A stretch of DNA of 64,000 nt from Eledone cirrhosa. Lineage: Eukaryota. Position numbers and translations under genes: made by a program. Below the pieces are notes generated by a model, which saw only the letters and a list, made by a program, of their open reading frames with translations, did not search any database and had not been told where the DNA came from. The stretch is taken from NCBI GenBank assembly GCA_964016885.1, contig OZ024741.1, positions 350,672,001-350,736,000 of the forward strand. Direction: 5' to 3'. This document shows positions 11,825-26,304 of the stretch, piece after piece. The number at the start of each line of letters is the position of its first letter. Positions within the stretch are counted from its first letter, which is position 1.

Positions 11825-12877
11825 ATTATATAAATTGGAAGTGGTCGGACGTTGTATATGTAGGTGTAGTCGGATAAACGTCGAAACGGCTTAGTGGAAT
11901 GCAGCGAAAATTTACACAGTTATGCAGAATGACCCGAGGAGGCGTTGGGTCGACTTTCAAGCTACAAGCTTCCATGGTTACGAGAAAATCGATGAAACAG
12001 GAATTTCCCATTCAAATTGAACTGAGAGTAATCTGTGAACGCAGAAGTAAATATTTCGAGAAACGTTGCAACCGAACGAAAACAGGAATACGATATTTTG
12101 GTTCGTGAAGACGTTCCCTGGCAATGAACAGAAAAAAGCGAGGATAATACGTCGTTATGTGGAACGAGAAGAACAATTTCATGCAAAGACAAGACCAAGT
12201 TTATGGTATAAATGGAGTCGTTAGACTAATATTCTATTTAAAATAACAGAATGATTTCCAGCCTCGGAGTTTAAGAATGATGTAAATAAAATTAAAAAGG
12301 AAAATGACAGAGGTTATTAAAATAATAAAAGTAAATAGTGAAGATTTAGGCCAGTACATACGTATGCCCCGACGGACATACACATACATACGCACACACA
12401 AATACATACACACCCACACACAACACGAACGCACGCGCGTATGTATAAACCTTATGCATTTCTACAGTATTTTCACCAAACTTAAGACATAGGTTACTTA
12501 TGTACTCCGGATGGTCATGGGCACTTTCATTTTTCCAGATATTGATTATAGGGTCTCCCGGCAGATAACCCCCTTTAACCACTTCCATGGAGTCGACTGA
12601 AGCACTGCAGTGCAATGCAACAAAACGCCATAACTTCTGGAGTTCGCAACCGATTTTCACGAAACTTGACACATGGGCTACGTTTGTCCTACAGATGAAT
12701 GTGAACTCTCAGAATTGGTACATATTGAGTAGGGGACCCCTGGGGGCAGGAACCCCCTTTTGGAAAAAGCCGATGATTTTGTAAAAGTATAGTTTTCGAA
12801 GCAGCACTGAAGTATTGACATAAATGGTATACACAACTGCTATTTAATACCCGAGCAACGCCGGGTACCTCTGCTAG
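11825..12877 (+). mobile_element. Non-autonomous Helitron
   Basis: Ends cccgagcaacgccgggtacctctgCTAG|T. The 5' part attatataaattggaag lacks the terminal TC. Confidence 0.7.
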
Positions 12878-13903
12878 TTGTTAAATAAACCATAACAGGC
12901 TGAAACATTAGATTATTCATTACTCACAGCCAATGAATGAATTTGATTGTTCGTTCATCGGTAGTCAATGAAAACCATAACTTTGGCTACATTCATTGGA
13001 TTTTATGTGCCTGTAGATAGCTGGTGATTCTGATTCTTGCATAGAAATTGAGACTGTACACAAGGCAGGCACATGTGCTATGTGATTTTCTTTAGAGTAC
13101 CAGTGAGCAGGCTTTGTGGAGCTCATCTTTCATTAACGCTGTTTGGGTGCATGTCCCTTTCGTGGATTTTGTGCCTTTATGAATGAGGGTGAACTATAGG
13201 AGTGTGGTCTGAGAAAGCTGATACCAAGGTTCTAAGTCATTGCTCATGACTTTCAGTGCTATTTTCAGGCCATTCTTGGGGTGTTTTTTTTCTGACTGCC
13301 AACTGATATTTTCTCAGTAATATTTTCACCATTGACGAGTTGTTTTGATATATCTGTATTTGTTTCAAAGAACTTACCAAATTCTCCTGTAAACTCTCTT
13401 ATGTTGAAGTAATGAGACCATCACCCATTTTCCTCATATTCTGGATTGTACCACCCTGATTTAAGCTACCTAGTGTGGCACCCAGTGTCGGATTTAGGAC
13501 AAATGAGGCCCTGTGTTAGTTAAGTTATGAGGCCCCAAACATTTGAAAAATTCATCGTAACACCCCCTCCCCACACACACACACTGGCTAACAGGGTCCT
13601 GTGGTTAACACACCTAAACACAATGGTAAATCTAACACTGGTGGCACCCCATTGACCAGAACCAGCTAAAACTGATATGGCTTGGGATTTATAAACATCT
13701 GACCTCTGTGTGTGTGTGTGTGTGTGTGTGCGTGTGTGAGTGCAAGAGAGTGAAAGAGAAAGAGAGAATGAGGAACAAAATACAGAGAAAGGAAGGAGGT
13801 AATGGTGTTAATACCATTTATCCTCTCTGCCATTAATGAGTATATTTAGTGAAACTGTTAGTAATGGGTGTGGTAATAGTATTTTCTAATCTTTTAGGGA
13901 GGG

Positions 13904-13955
<52 letters not shown>

Positions 13956-14539
13956 TTATACATGTGTGTACAATGTGCACTGTATATATATCTATGAAGT
14001 TGTGTGTGTATAATTGTATGTGTATTTTATATCTAATACGAGTATCTGTATATGTCTCCGTGTGTAGATGATGGTGATGATGACGATGATGATGATGACG
14101 ATGATGATGATGATGATGGTGGTGACGATGACGACGACGATCTCCTCCTCCTTGAATTTATCCTTCTCAGGTGTCCACCAGTATGGCTTATGCATAGCTA
14201 TATCTGCTAATAACTTGCTCTACTATGTCAACCATCAGTGGCCTTTTACCCATGAAAGGTTTGCTGGAAGCAATGTTGTTGAACAGTAAATCAGTTGACT
14301 GCGTCTAATTTGTGAATCTTTTAACCCTTTAGCATTCACATTACTCTATATATACTATTATATTTTCATGGTAAAGGCTATACCTCGGATAATTATCTCA
14401 CATAATATCAAATCTATGAGATTTTGAAAGTATTTATTTTGAGAACAATACCTTAACATCAGTTTGAGTGGCCAGTTACAGCCAGTTTCAACAGAAAGAG
14501 GTAGAGATTCTGGCCGGTTTTGGCCGGTTTGAACATTAA

Positions 14540-14706
14540 CGGGTTAACTAAATTGACCATCATGTGCTTCTTCCATCTTTAATCTCTGGTTGCCCCATTG
14601 TAGTGTCTGCTGATGGAACCATCTCTCACCCTCACTTTATAACCTCAGGTGCATCCCAAGGTTTGATTCTACCACCTACACCCCTCATTCTGTACATTAA
14701 TAACTT
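14540..14706 (+). pseudogene. Decayed CR1/L2-type RT fragment
   Basis: TSGASQGLILPPTPLILYINNL resembles SGVPQGSVLGPxLFxLYINDL. Confidence 0.55.
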
Positions 14707-14863
14707 ATATATATGTGAAGCTTGAACATTCGAGGTTACGAAGCGTTGAGAGATTATTGAAAATGTAAGGGTCTTTACTCTGTTTTATAAGCTATTGAAT
14801 TGAAAGCAGCCAACTGTACTTGCAGTTATTTTCTGCACCTGAGCACACTACATTTTTAATAAA

Positions 14864-14974
<111 letters not shown>

Positions 14975-16016
14975 AAAATAATGGTATTAGTAGGAATTCA
15001 AATATAATTACTCATAATAGCATATTAAGCAAATCTAAATATAACCTTGATACAGAATCTAACCTAAAGGACAAAAATGATACGCTATTGACCATGGCAA
15101 TACTGTTTCTATTAAGACTTTAAATATCGCATCTAACACAAATAGGGTTAGTGGTAGTTTAAAGGAATGTACTTGAGCTAGCAGTAATAGTTATGTGTAC
15201 CAAAATAGAAATATACAGTATAAACAGTATAAACGTCAATCTCATAAACCCCTTTGAGGTTGAAGTTTATTGCTTAAAGTTGAGGTGCTCTTATCTAGTA
15301 GTTGTAAGTTGTGTGTAGGAGACGGGACTCCGATGTTAACTAGATGGTTCCATCAGCAGACACTACAATGGGGCAACCAGAGATTAAAGATGGATGAAGC
15401 ACATGATGGTCAATTTAGTTAAACCTTTAATGTTCAAACTGGCCAAAACCGGCCAGAATCTCTACCTCTTTCTGTTGAAACTGGCCGTAACTGGCCACTC
15501 ATACTGATGTTAAGGTATTGTTCTCAAAATAAATACTTTCAAAATCTCATAGATTCGATATTATGTGAGATAATTATCCGAGGTATAGCCTTTACCATGA
15601 AAATATAATAGTATATATAGAGTAATGTGAATGCTAAAGGGTTAAAAGATTCACAAATTAGACGCAGTCAACTGATTTACTGTTCAACAACATTGCTTCC
15701 AGCAAACCTTTCATGGGTAAAAGGCCACTGATGGTTGACATAGTAGAGCAAGTTATTAGCAGATATAGCTATGCATAAGCCATACTGGTGGACACCTGAG
15801 AAGGATAAATTCAAGGAGGAGGAGATCGTCGTCGTCATCGTCACCACCATCATCATCATCGTCATCATCACCATCATCTACACACGGAGACATATACAGA
15901 TACTCGTATTAGATATAAAATACACATACAATTATACACACACAACTTCATAGATATATATACAGTGCACATTGTACACACATGTATAAAGGCGCGCGCA
16001 CACTCACACACACGCG

Positions 16017-16205
<189 letters not shown>

Positions 16206-16469
16206 CAGATGTTTATAAATCCCAAGCCATATCAGTTTTAGCTGGTTCTGGTCAATGGGGTGCCACCAGTGTTAGATTTACCATTGTGTTTAGGTGTGTT
16301 AACCACAGGACCCTGTTAGCCAGTGTGTGTGTGTGGGGAGGGGGTGTTACGATGAATTTTTCAAATGTTTGGGGCCTCATAACTTAACTAACACAGGGCC
16401 TCATTTGTCCTAAATCCGACACTGGGTGCCACACTAGGTAGCTTAAATCAGGGTGGTACAATCCAGAAT

Positions 16470-16910
16470 ATGAGGAAAATGGGTGATGGTCTCATTACTT
16501 CAACATAAGAGAGTTTACAGGAGAATTTGGTAAGTTCTTTGAAACAAATACAGATATATCAAAACAACTCGTCAATGGTGAAAATATTACTGAGAAAATA
16601 TCAGTTGGCAGTCAGAAAAAAAACACCCCAAGAATGGCCTGAAAATAGCACTGAAAGTCATGAGCAATGACTTAGAACCTTGGTATCAGCTTTCTCAGAC
16701 CACACTCCTATAGTTCACCCTCATTCATAAAGGCACAAAATCCACGAAAGGGACATGCACCCAAACAGCGTTAATGAAAGATGAGCTCCACAAAGCCTGC
16801 TCACTGGTACTCTAAAGAAAATCACATAGCACATGTGCCTGCCTTGTGTACAGTCTCAATTTCTATGCAAGAATCAGAATCACCAGCTATCTACAGGCAC
16901 ATAAAATCCA
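16470..16910 (+). pseudogene. Decayed RTE LINE C-terminal fragment (mirrored at ~13000-13440 minus)
   Basis: SKQLVNGE and QKKHPKNGLKIALK resemble the RTE motifs PKQLLYGEL and QKKRYKDxLKxxLK. Confidence 0.45.
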
Positions 16911-18179
16911 ATGAATGTAGCCAAAGTTATGGTTTTCATTGACTACCGATGAACGAACAATCAAATTCATTCATTGGCTGTGAGTAATGAATAATCTAAT
17001 GTTTCAGCCTGTTATGGTTTATTTAACAATTAGGAATATAAAGAAAATGGCGTCGGTGCTTTAACTGCAAGTTAGTGAATGTCTTCAACTGTCTGACTGT
17101 TAGAGACGGATTGGCCATCCATGAAATAAGACCTAAAACACGTGAAAATCAAATTCAATGTGATATTTACTCAAATCATTTCACAAGATCCGAATTCTAC
17201 AGATTGAAGCTTAAATTTTTTATATGGAACTTTTAAAAGGAAGCTAAAAATTAAAAGAATATAGTACTTGAATGTATTTTTACTTATTTTGGCACTGCTA
17301 TTAACAAACAATATGTATATGGTATCAGAAGGGTTAAACACACACAAGTGTCAAGTGTCGGTTTTACACTGGACGATAGATTAAGTCTTCCACCTAAAAT
17401 TTGCTTATGATCTGTAATAAATTATTGTTCATTAACTTTAGTTTCTTTTATAATGATTCGAGTTAATGGGATAAAACACTACCACTCGTTTTGAAGAGAT
17501 TGAAGAGAGTTCATGGTGTGAGTCAATGCAATCCCAATCCAAACATAGATGAACTAAACTTGTTGTACTGGATATACACTAATCTAGAGATACTGAATAA
17601 AACGTGATACGATACGTGATCGTTTTCATATACGTGTAATAGATGATGTTACATATAATATAATTATATATAAATTACATCACCATCGTGTACAAATCAT
17701 GTATTCTCAACCAATAGGTGGCTTAAAATATTTAAATGAAATGTGACATTTACTCCTGTGAATTTATTTCCGTTCATCATTTCATAGATAGATGTTCGTA
17801 TATTGGTTGTAAAACGTGGACACTGAAGACCAGACAAGATTTAACAAGGGGAAGTCATAAAATAATAAAACCTCTAATGATAAACAAAGAGCATACATTC
17901 GAAACAGACTTTTTTCTTTTTTATTTTACCCAGTCTAATAATTCTCAAAACAGTCTTTTTGATCTTTCAACTTTCAACGGTAACTATATAGTAAAATGTG
18001 AGAAACTGCCAGTTGTGTCTTCTACTAACATTGTGAAGGCATGTGGCTTAGAGGTTAGAGATTTGTCAAATCAAATTAAATATATAGTAATTCCCAACGA
18101 CCAGTAGATAAATCGCTAAGCATCTTTGTAGAGTGTAATTTTATTTCGGAAAATGGGATGCATAACTAAGAGAGGAGGG

Positions 18180-18446
18180 TGCACATTGTAAGGTTATGGT
18201 TATGAAGAAGTCATCGAACAACACTTCTATCAAGTAGATGGTTTGATTGTGACTTCATGGCAGAAGACAGCGACAGACCGCAAACAATCGCACAAAGCTA
18301 TAATAAAAGGAGAAAAAGATGTAGAATCGAACTGGACGAAACAACAAAAATGAAAGAGAAGAAGATCTACTGCACTATAGTAACTACACTGTCTTTGCCG
18401 ACAATATACTGCAATATCTGGCAGCATGGTTGCATTAGTGCCTTTG

Positions 18447-18450
<4 letters not shown>
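18180..18450 (+). pseudogene. Decayed RTE LINE 3' end
   Basis: SWQKTATDRKQSHKAIIKG...C..CQHGCISAFGL. Confidence 0.5.
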
Positions 18451-18507
<57 letters not shown>

Positions 18508-18553
18508 TAGATAGATAAATATACACGGGTGTGTATGATTGTGTATAGAAGAT

Positions 18554-18928
18554 TATATTAATAAGAGGAATTCCAACTTTGTCTGATTTACTCGTTTTAT
18601 TTACAATCCTTTAAAATTTATATAATGGTATTATAATGAAATAGTATGATAGAATATTAAATGTTAAGTGTTAATTGAACAAGTCAGGTTCATAATGTGT
18701 GGTGACAGTCAAGTTTGCAATTTTCAACTGACAGTTGAAAAATGCAAACTTGACTGTCACCACACATTATGAACCTGAAGATTGCGAAAGCATGAAAGTA
18801 CTTGTTCAATTAACACTTAACATTTAATATTCTATCATACTATTTCATTATAATACCATTATAAATTTTAAAGGATTGTAAATAAAACGAGTAAATCAGA
18901 CAAAGTTGGAATTCCTCTTATTAATATA
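18554..18928. repeat. Fold-back palindrome of a hammerhead-bearing module
   Basis: Arms are centred on ttttcaactg-a-cagttgaaaa (18731). Confidence 0.9.
18770..18808 (+). ncRNA. Minimal type I hammerhead ribozyme
   Basis: tgaac-CTGAAGA-t tgc gaaa gca t-GAAA gtac TT-gttca, with a palindromic stem III (aagtactt). Confidence 0.8.
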
Positions 18929-18992
18929 TATATATATATATATATATTAAAATATAAATATTAATAAAATAGATGTTCTTTTGATCAATTAC

Positions 18993-19045
18993 ATTTTATT
19001 ATACATATTTCGGATGTACAACAGTACGTCCTCATCAGACAAAAT
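18993..19045 (-). ncRNA. Type I hammerhead ribozyme in the 3' pLTR of the Penelope-like element at 20600-22540
   Basis: attttgt-CTGATGA-ggacgtac tgtt gtacatcc-GAAAtatgtaTA-ataaaat, with an overlapping AATAAA. Confidence 0.8.
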
Positions 19046-20599
19046 ATAATGATACATGACATACCCTGAGATGTTAAATGGTTAAGATTTAATCAAGGTA
19101 GTGATTAACCTAAGAGAAGATTTAACATATATACCCTAATTATGAGAAAATGCGAAAACGTAATAAATTCATTAGAGAATGTGTGAGTAAGAAAAACGTT
19201 GCTTAATGTAAACTGTTATAGAGATTTTAAAATGTATGATACTACAATATATCTAGGAAAACATCTCATGAATCATAACAGCCAGTGATAGCCACTGGAA
19301 AAGGATTTATAAAGAGGGAAAGATAAAGGGGGGGGGTGATATATGCAGAAGGAGATTTTTTCCGAAAGTTAAACGGTTAAATTTAAAAATATTTAATTTA
19401 TAATATTAGGGTGAAGACTCAAGATTTCAGGATTTTTTGCTGGTTATTTATATATTAGTTTTATAAATTCAATAAGTGTGTTATCATTTCTAAGCTTCTG
19501 AGTTTTATGAGGGTAACATTTAAAGGATTTAGCTGGCACATCAAGAATGAAATATACTGTTGATTATTTTCCTAAATTTAAACTTTAACAAAGATACCAA
19601 CATATTAGGTATGTAAAGCTTTTGAAATACTTATTGTTATAAATATTTAAATAACGATTATGTATATAGGTATATATTAATGAGCCAGTATATTTTAGGT
19701 AAATAATAACGACGAAGATAAAAATGAAATAAAATAATATAATAGATTGATGCATGTTAAGGTTAAATATACACCTATATATAACTGGGTGTAAATGTAT
19801 TAATTATTCTTTAACGAAGATACCAACATATTAGGTATGTAAAGCTTCTGAAGTATTTATTAGAAATATTTAAATAACGACTATGTATATAGATTACATA
19901 TATATAATTACATACATATTATAATGCATTATATTATACTACATACATATTATAATACATTATAACGATTATGTATATAGATTACACATATATAATTACA
20001 TACATATTATAATACATTATATTATAAATAAGAGATCAAAAACGCAGCAAAAATTCACATTTATATATAAGTTTGAATCTGTTTTAAATTTTAGATTTTA
20101 AAGTGCAGTAAATATATTTTTTAAAAATATATACATATACTATATTATATTATACTATAAATAAGAGATCAAAAACTCATTAAAAATTCACAGTTATAGA
20201 TAAGTTCCGTAAAGATGTATGGATTGGGTATTAAACTAAAATTTAAAAGAGATCAAAAATGCATTAAAAATTCACAGTTAAAGATAAGTTCAGTAAAGAT
20301 GTAAGGATTGGGTATTAAACTAAATTTTAAAGCATAGATAGGAAGATAGGTATAGAAATAAAGAAATATAGAAATGATGGTATTGATCAAAGTTAATAAA
20401 ATAAAGTTATGTGTATCAGTGTTCCGGCATGTTATTGAACAAGTGTCATTCATTCGAGCGTTATTTCTTCTATAGATAGCTATAATATAAAGCAATATTA
20501 AAGGCCATTAATGTTTTTCCCTGTTGATTATATATTCCTGGTAACCAAGTTATTAATGGTTTAGTGTTATTGTCTCTTTTTTTCTCGTTTTATGGGAGG

Positions 20600-22540
20600 C
20601 TAAAAAAGTGGACGTAGCATTATGGAGGCAACTAGAGAATAATTCACTTTTTTGTTAATTAGGGTCTCATAGTTATTAATAATCAACAGGGTCTCCATTG
20701 TACAGAGCGGGCAGTTATTTGATATACTAGAGTTGCGGTAAATTCCACAGTTCCGAAGTTTTGTCCAAAGAATGGAGTATTTTAAATTCTTCTCTTTTAA
20801 TGACCATATGAGCTGTGATAAAGACGTGGATGATTTCCTTTTAGAGTTCGAGAATGAGCATTTATGGTTCGCAAAACGGGCTTTGAATGTCGAAGAGGTC
20901 GAACCTATGTAGTTGTATGTTTTGTGATCAGTTTTTACGGTGCATTTATAAACCAAATTACTATCTGAACAATTATTTTGGAAAGGGCAATTAGTTTTAT
21001 TTCCACAATTACATTTTGGTTTAGTATCATTTATGTTAACTCTATTATTAGGATCATTATGTTGGTTTGGTTTTAGGATTTTAGTGTTTAATTTAGCAAT
21101 GTTTTGGGCCATGTTACTGGTTGTAGAATGTAAGAATTTAATGGTATGTCTATTAAAAATGGAATGGTATTTATGTTGAGTAGGGAAATAGGTGTCCAGA
21201 GCGTTAAAGAATAATTTTGCAATTGGTGTTTTAACTGCGACCGAAGCAGAGAGGCAAAACATATGACTGATTTAGATCTAGTTCGTATTTTCGATTTATT
21301 TAGCGTATGGGTGTTTGAATTATAATTATTATAGTTTCTCTTATATATGTTATTATTTTTATTATTATTAGGAATAATACTTGGATTATTATTATCTACA
21401 TATTCTATATTATTCATATATCCTGCTCTTTTTAACGCGTTGTTGTAGTATTCAGCGTTTTTATCAAATATATCTTTATTGGCTGATATTTTATTAATAC
21501 GTTTTTGCACACTATTTACTATAGCTTTTTTTTACAGATCTAGGGTGATTTGAATAGTTACTAACATAATTTAAGTTTTCATTAGGCTTATGAAAAGGGT
21601 AATAGGAGCCAGTGTTTAAGTTAAAGGTAACGTCTAGGAAATTAACTATTTTGGTACCATTTTCTACTTATAATTTAAGGTCGTATATTTTAAAGAATTC
21701 TATTATACTTTTCTTTACTCTATTTAGTTCTATATTGTTGTGTTTGACCACCGTAAATAAAATGTCGTCCCTATATAAACCACCGGTAATCTCCGGCAGT
21801 TTTCTATTTATCATGTTTAATATGAAAATTCCCAGAAGATCTGTGATTTGCGCAGAATCGGATGCCCCCATAGTGACATCAAAGTTTCTATCTCTATATG
21901 AGCGTGTCCAAAATTCGTTATTGAAGTTAATAAGAGTTCTTCTGGCTGCTAAAATTATATCTATTTCATCCGTGGTTAGATCAGTATGCTTATAAGCATA
22001 TGAAAGAGCCTTATTTAGAAGCTTAGGTGTTATGGAAGAATAGTAGCTAGTAATGTCCATCTGGATGAATTTATGGTTTTTCTTATCTTCAATATTCGTG
22101 TACCATTCAATGACCTCATTTGTATCTTTCCATAAGCTCAAATTAGATCTCAATTTAAGAGTGGGTATCTATGATGTTTTTACTGATTACTCCTATATCC
22201 GATTTCGATGGAGCAGTCAGTCTAACTGGCATCTCTTCCTTAAAGTTTATTTTATGATCCTTCAGGTTAATCCTCGGCTGTCTAGGTAAAAATGGCTCAG
22301 TTCTTCCTTGTATTCCTAAATTGGTAATTAATTTGTAGGCTTCTTCATTAATTTCAGTAAGATCCTCAGCCGGGGCTTTTTATTCATCTTTGCTTATCCC
22401 ATATAAATTATTAGTTTTGTCCGATTTAACCAGTACTTTGTTAACATTTTTTATTTCAGTGATTTTATCTTTTAGAGATCTGAGGTATTGGTGACCTATA
22501 TATGGCTTTTTCCTAAATTTAATTTTTTTTTTTATTATAC
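20600..22540 (-). pseudogene. Penelope-like (Naiad-type) RT + GIY-YIG ORF, frameshifted
   Basis: FIQMDITSYYSSI, FDVTMGASDSAQITDLLG, GLYRDD, CNCGNKTNCP, VY..YIGSTSSTFKARFANH, CPLC..E. Confidence 0.92.
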
Positions 22541-22740
22541 CGAGCATTTAAATAAATATGGATTTCTTAAACTTCCCGACTTAGATATACCCATACCTTC
22601 AAATGAAGAATACATGAAGAAAACTATCGAACAGACAAACTCTTTTATTAGAAGATTGAGATGAAGAACTTTTCATTTCGAAAATAAAGATGCTGAAAGA
22701 AAAACATTTCTGTTTCAAACCTCCAGAAGTTTGTTGTATG
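22541..22740 (+). pseudogene. Inverted N-terminal segment of a Penelope-like ORF
   Basis: DIPIPSNEEYMKKTIEQTNSFIRRLR* corresponds to NIPTPSNTSYTKMLIDKVEKVVKRMRW at 43463. Confidence 0.75.
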
Positions 22741-22923
22741 GAGGATATTTTCTTGATTTAAACAAGAATTCAAAATGATTGTTGTTGGTTTTTCTTTCAG
22801 CATCTTTATTGCCGAACTGAAGTGATCAGTTAAGAGTTATGACGTCATTCAAAGTAAGAGAAAACCCGACGGCGTGTTTTTTACAGCATAATTATCACGG
22901 CATATCTTATAACCCCATATCTC

Positions 22924-24908
22924 ATGGCCCCAAAACGTCCTGCGAATATTGCTGATGCAGACGCATGAGGAAGAGCCTGACTTTGGAGATAAAGCTGGAC
23001 ATTTTGAAAAGGAAGGAACAGGGCAAGGTACGTCCGCCATAAGTCGTAACTTAGGCCTAACGCAGTCTACAGTCTGGACTGTTTTAAAAAATAGTTAGGC
23101 TGTCCAAAAGGCTGGGGAGAATGCTACGAGTCTACAGAGTAAATTGTTGACCAAACATGGTGAGCCGATTATGTATAGGATGGAAAGGTTGCTCAAAATT
23201 TGGATCGACGACCAAAATCGTCAAAATATGCCTCTGTCTTTAAATGTAATCAGTGAGAAAGCATTTTTCATTATTGACAGGCTCAAGACTGAAATGGGGG
23301 TGGAGGACTTTGTATTCAAGGCAAGCAAAGGCTGGTTTGATAAGTTCAAACGACGTTCGAGTCTTCACAACATAAATGTTACAGGTGAGGCTGCCAATTC
23401 CGACAAAATTCAAGGCAGTGTTAGAGAAATGCATTGCAGAGAAGGTGTACAGCAAAAAACAGGTTATTAATTATGATAAAACAGGACTTTATTGGAAAAA
23501 GATGACCAGTAATAATTATATTGACAAGGAGAAAAGTGTGAAGGGGTTCAAAGCCTCTCTGTTACTTGGAGGGAATGCAGAAGGAGATTTAAAGCTAAAG
23601 CCACTCATTATCTACCATTCTGAAACTCCAAGAGCACTCAAGGGGTTACTTAAGCAATACCTACCAGTGATATGGAAGTCTAATAAGAAGGCATGACTGA
23701 TCACTTCAATTCACCAGGATCTTTACACCTCATATCGGTCACCAACCCTTAAGGAATATGCATTAGCTAACGACATTGCCAACCGTTTTCTGCTATTAGT
23801 GGACAACGCCTCCAGCCACCCACAGGCAATGGAAGACTGGTCAGAAAATATTGAGGTTTTGTTTCTCCCCCCAAACACCACAGCTCTCATTCAGCCGATG
23901 GATCGAACAGTCATCAAAACATTTAAGGCATACTACCAGCGGAGAACCATGCAGCAGCTGATAAAGGGCACAGATGGGCCTAACAAGCCCACGATCAGGG
24001 AATGGTGGAAAGTGTACAACATCAAGCACAACTTAGACAATATCAAGGCATCTTGGGAAGAAGTGAAGCAGTCTACCATGAACTTGGTCTGGAAGAGATT
24101 ATGGCCAGCATGTGTGAATGACTTCCAAGGCTTTGCTGAGGACATTGGTACGATAAAAAAAGATATTGTAAATCTCTGCCATAGAGCTGGCTTCGATGGT
24201 GTTAATGATGATAATGTGCAAGACCTTTTGGAAAGCCACGCTGAACCACTCTCCAATGATGAACTCATAGAACTAGACAAGGCGATACAGGAGACAGAAA
24301 AAGAAGAAGAGGAGGAAGAAGAACCTGTGCGTGGCTTGGACATAAAAACTCTAAGAGAATGTCTCGGGAGTATCGAAAAAATCTTAGAAACCCTGAAGGA
24401 GCGTGACCCCAACCCTGCTAGGAGCAGCAAAGTGGCTCAAGACGTCGAGAAAAGCGTCAAGATTTACCAAGAAATGTATGAAGCCAAAAGAAACACCGCT
24501 AAACAGTCCTTCATCTACTCTTTCTTCAAGCCAGTCACATCTGCCAACCGTGCTACAGCTGGCCCTTCAACATCCCCTGCAGTCAACGAGTTTGTTGGTT
24601 TTGAGTCTCCCACATCACCTTCATCCTCTCCTGCCAACTCAGCCCAAGATGAGTAAGGGCTGAAACCCATACTGTCCCTTAGCCTCGGGAGGGACAAATG
24701 AAGAGGCACATCATCTGATGGACTACGCGGCATGTATAAGGTACGGTAAATTAAAAAAAGCATTATTTATTTTCTGTAGGGATGACTTTTTCGATGTGCT
24801 GGAACGCATCCCTATCTATTTCATGTTATAATGGGTTCTTTATACGGTAATTCGATATACGGTAAGGGTTTCTGGAACGCATATATACTGTATATCGAGG
24901 ACTCACTG
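22924..24908 (+). mobile_element. Tigger/pogo DNA transposon with disrupted transposase
   Basis: MAPKRP start, CENP-B HTH FKASKGWFDKFKRR, NYDKTGLYWKK, DNASSHP, LPPNTTALIQPMD. The right TIR ...cgaggactcactg is followed by TA. Confidence 0.92.
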
Positions 24909-24914
24909 TATATA

Positions 24915-25330
24915 TAAATGTAAGAATGTATACGTACATACATATATGTATACAGAAGTACAGCAGTATGTATATATATATACATACATACATGCATACA
25001 TATATATATGTACGTATGGGTTTACCGAACATTTATTATAATGTTCGGTTTGTTTGTAAACAAACAGCCCGAATTAAGCCGTACAGTGTTCGGCAACCAT
25101 CGTTGCCATTTTGTTCAACACTGACAAAGGAACTGACAAATGGCAACGATGGTTGCCGAACACTGTGCGGCTTAATTCGGGCTGTTTGTTTACAGACAAA
25201 CCGGACATTATAATAAATGTTCGGTAAACCCATACGTACATATATATATGTGTGCATGTATGTATGTATATACATACTATTGTAGTCTGTATACATATAT
25301 GTATGTATGTATGTATACATACTTACATTT
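24915..25330. repeat. ~410-bp palindrome (MITE-like or fold-back)
   Basis: Inverted arms around a loop at ~25110-25140. The loop is copied again, inverted, at 25540-25573. Confidence 0.85.
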
Positions 25331-25650
25331 AGGTATCAGCCGTACTAAGAGTGAGAAATGAAATTTCATTTTTTTTCATTTTTCTCGGTGCGCCCGGCCG
25401 ACTAACTCACTCGATATGCAAATTAGGCTGTTCAACCGTTAATATGCATAAGGAAAGTATATACTTTCAAACGTTCAATCATCTGACAGGAAGGTATACG
25501 GTGCTGATGACAGCTAAGAAGCTCGAAACTAGTTCATCGTTCCTTTGTCAGTGTTGAACAAAATGGTAACGATACATACATACATACATACATACATACA
25601 TACATACATACATACATACATACATACATACATACATACATACATACATA

Positions 25651-26215
25651 CATGGTGGCTGCCAACTCGTTTTCGAGTACGGCTACTACTTTATATCCCT
25701 GTAGGAGAACCCCTACTGATGCGCTAAACGAGTGTGACTTTTTAGTCCAGCCAGCGACTTGAAAACTCTGGTACAAACACTACACTTGTGACAATTATTG
25801 ACACATAGTGCTAGGCCCATGGTACCATGTGACGACAAGTGCAGAGAGATCTCCAAATATAAAGCAATGCCTGTGCCGTGAAGCTTTTATAGTGAGCAAA
25901 GGCACTGCACAAAGCTAGTCCCACTCTCTTAACCAAGATGATATTTACCAAAAAGAAGAACAAGTCAACATCATTGGATACCATCAGGGTTGCAGGTGTT
26001 ATATCAGAGTTTTCCTTCTCCTAGAATTCTGCCTTGACAAAGGCTAAGGGGTCATCTCTCCCGGTGATTTTGGATGGCCATTGACTCTTAAGAGCTCCTT
26101 TGCCCTTTGACAGGTTTTGTTTTTAGTCCTGCAGGATGTCCAAAGTCACCCTCCTCACCAAGAAACCTTGGTGAGGTTGCCAGTTTAGTCGCCAACGACC
26201 CGACCATGAGACAGG
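25651..26215 (-). mobile_element. Non-autonomous bipartite RTE derivative ending in (TATG)n
   Basis: 5'UTR-like part shared with 26740-26882, fused to the last ~190 nt of the RTE at 26882-27070. Confidence 0.7.
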
Positions 26216-26304
26216 TTGTACTGGGATACATACATACATACATACATACATACATACATACATACATACATACATACATACATACATACATACATACATA
26301 CATA

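Noticed and set aside
14068-14289. Possible host exon after a pyrimidine tract and CAG (GVHQYGLC...)
   Set aside because: No recognisable protein similarity or partner exons. It cannot be supported without RNA-seq.
22662-22664. In-frame TGA in Naiad-like ORFs (also ~47957) as possible selenocysteine, which is reported for some Naiads
   Set aside because: Both fall at conserved Trp positions (TGG>TGA decay) in disrupted copies, and no SECIS-like hairpin was evident by eye.
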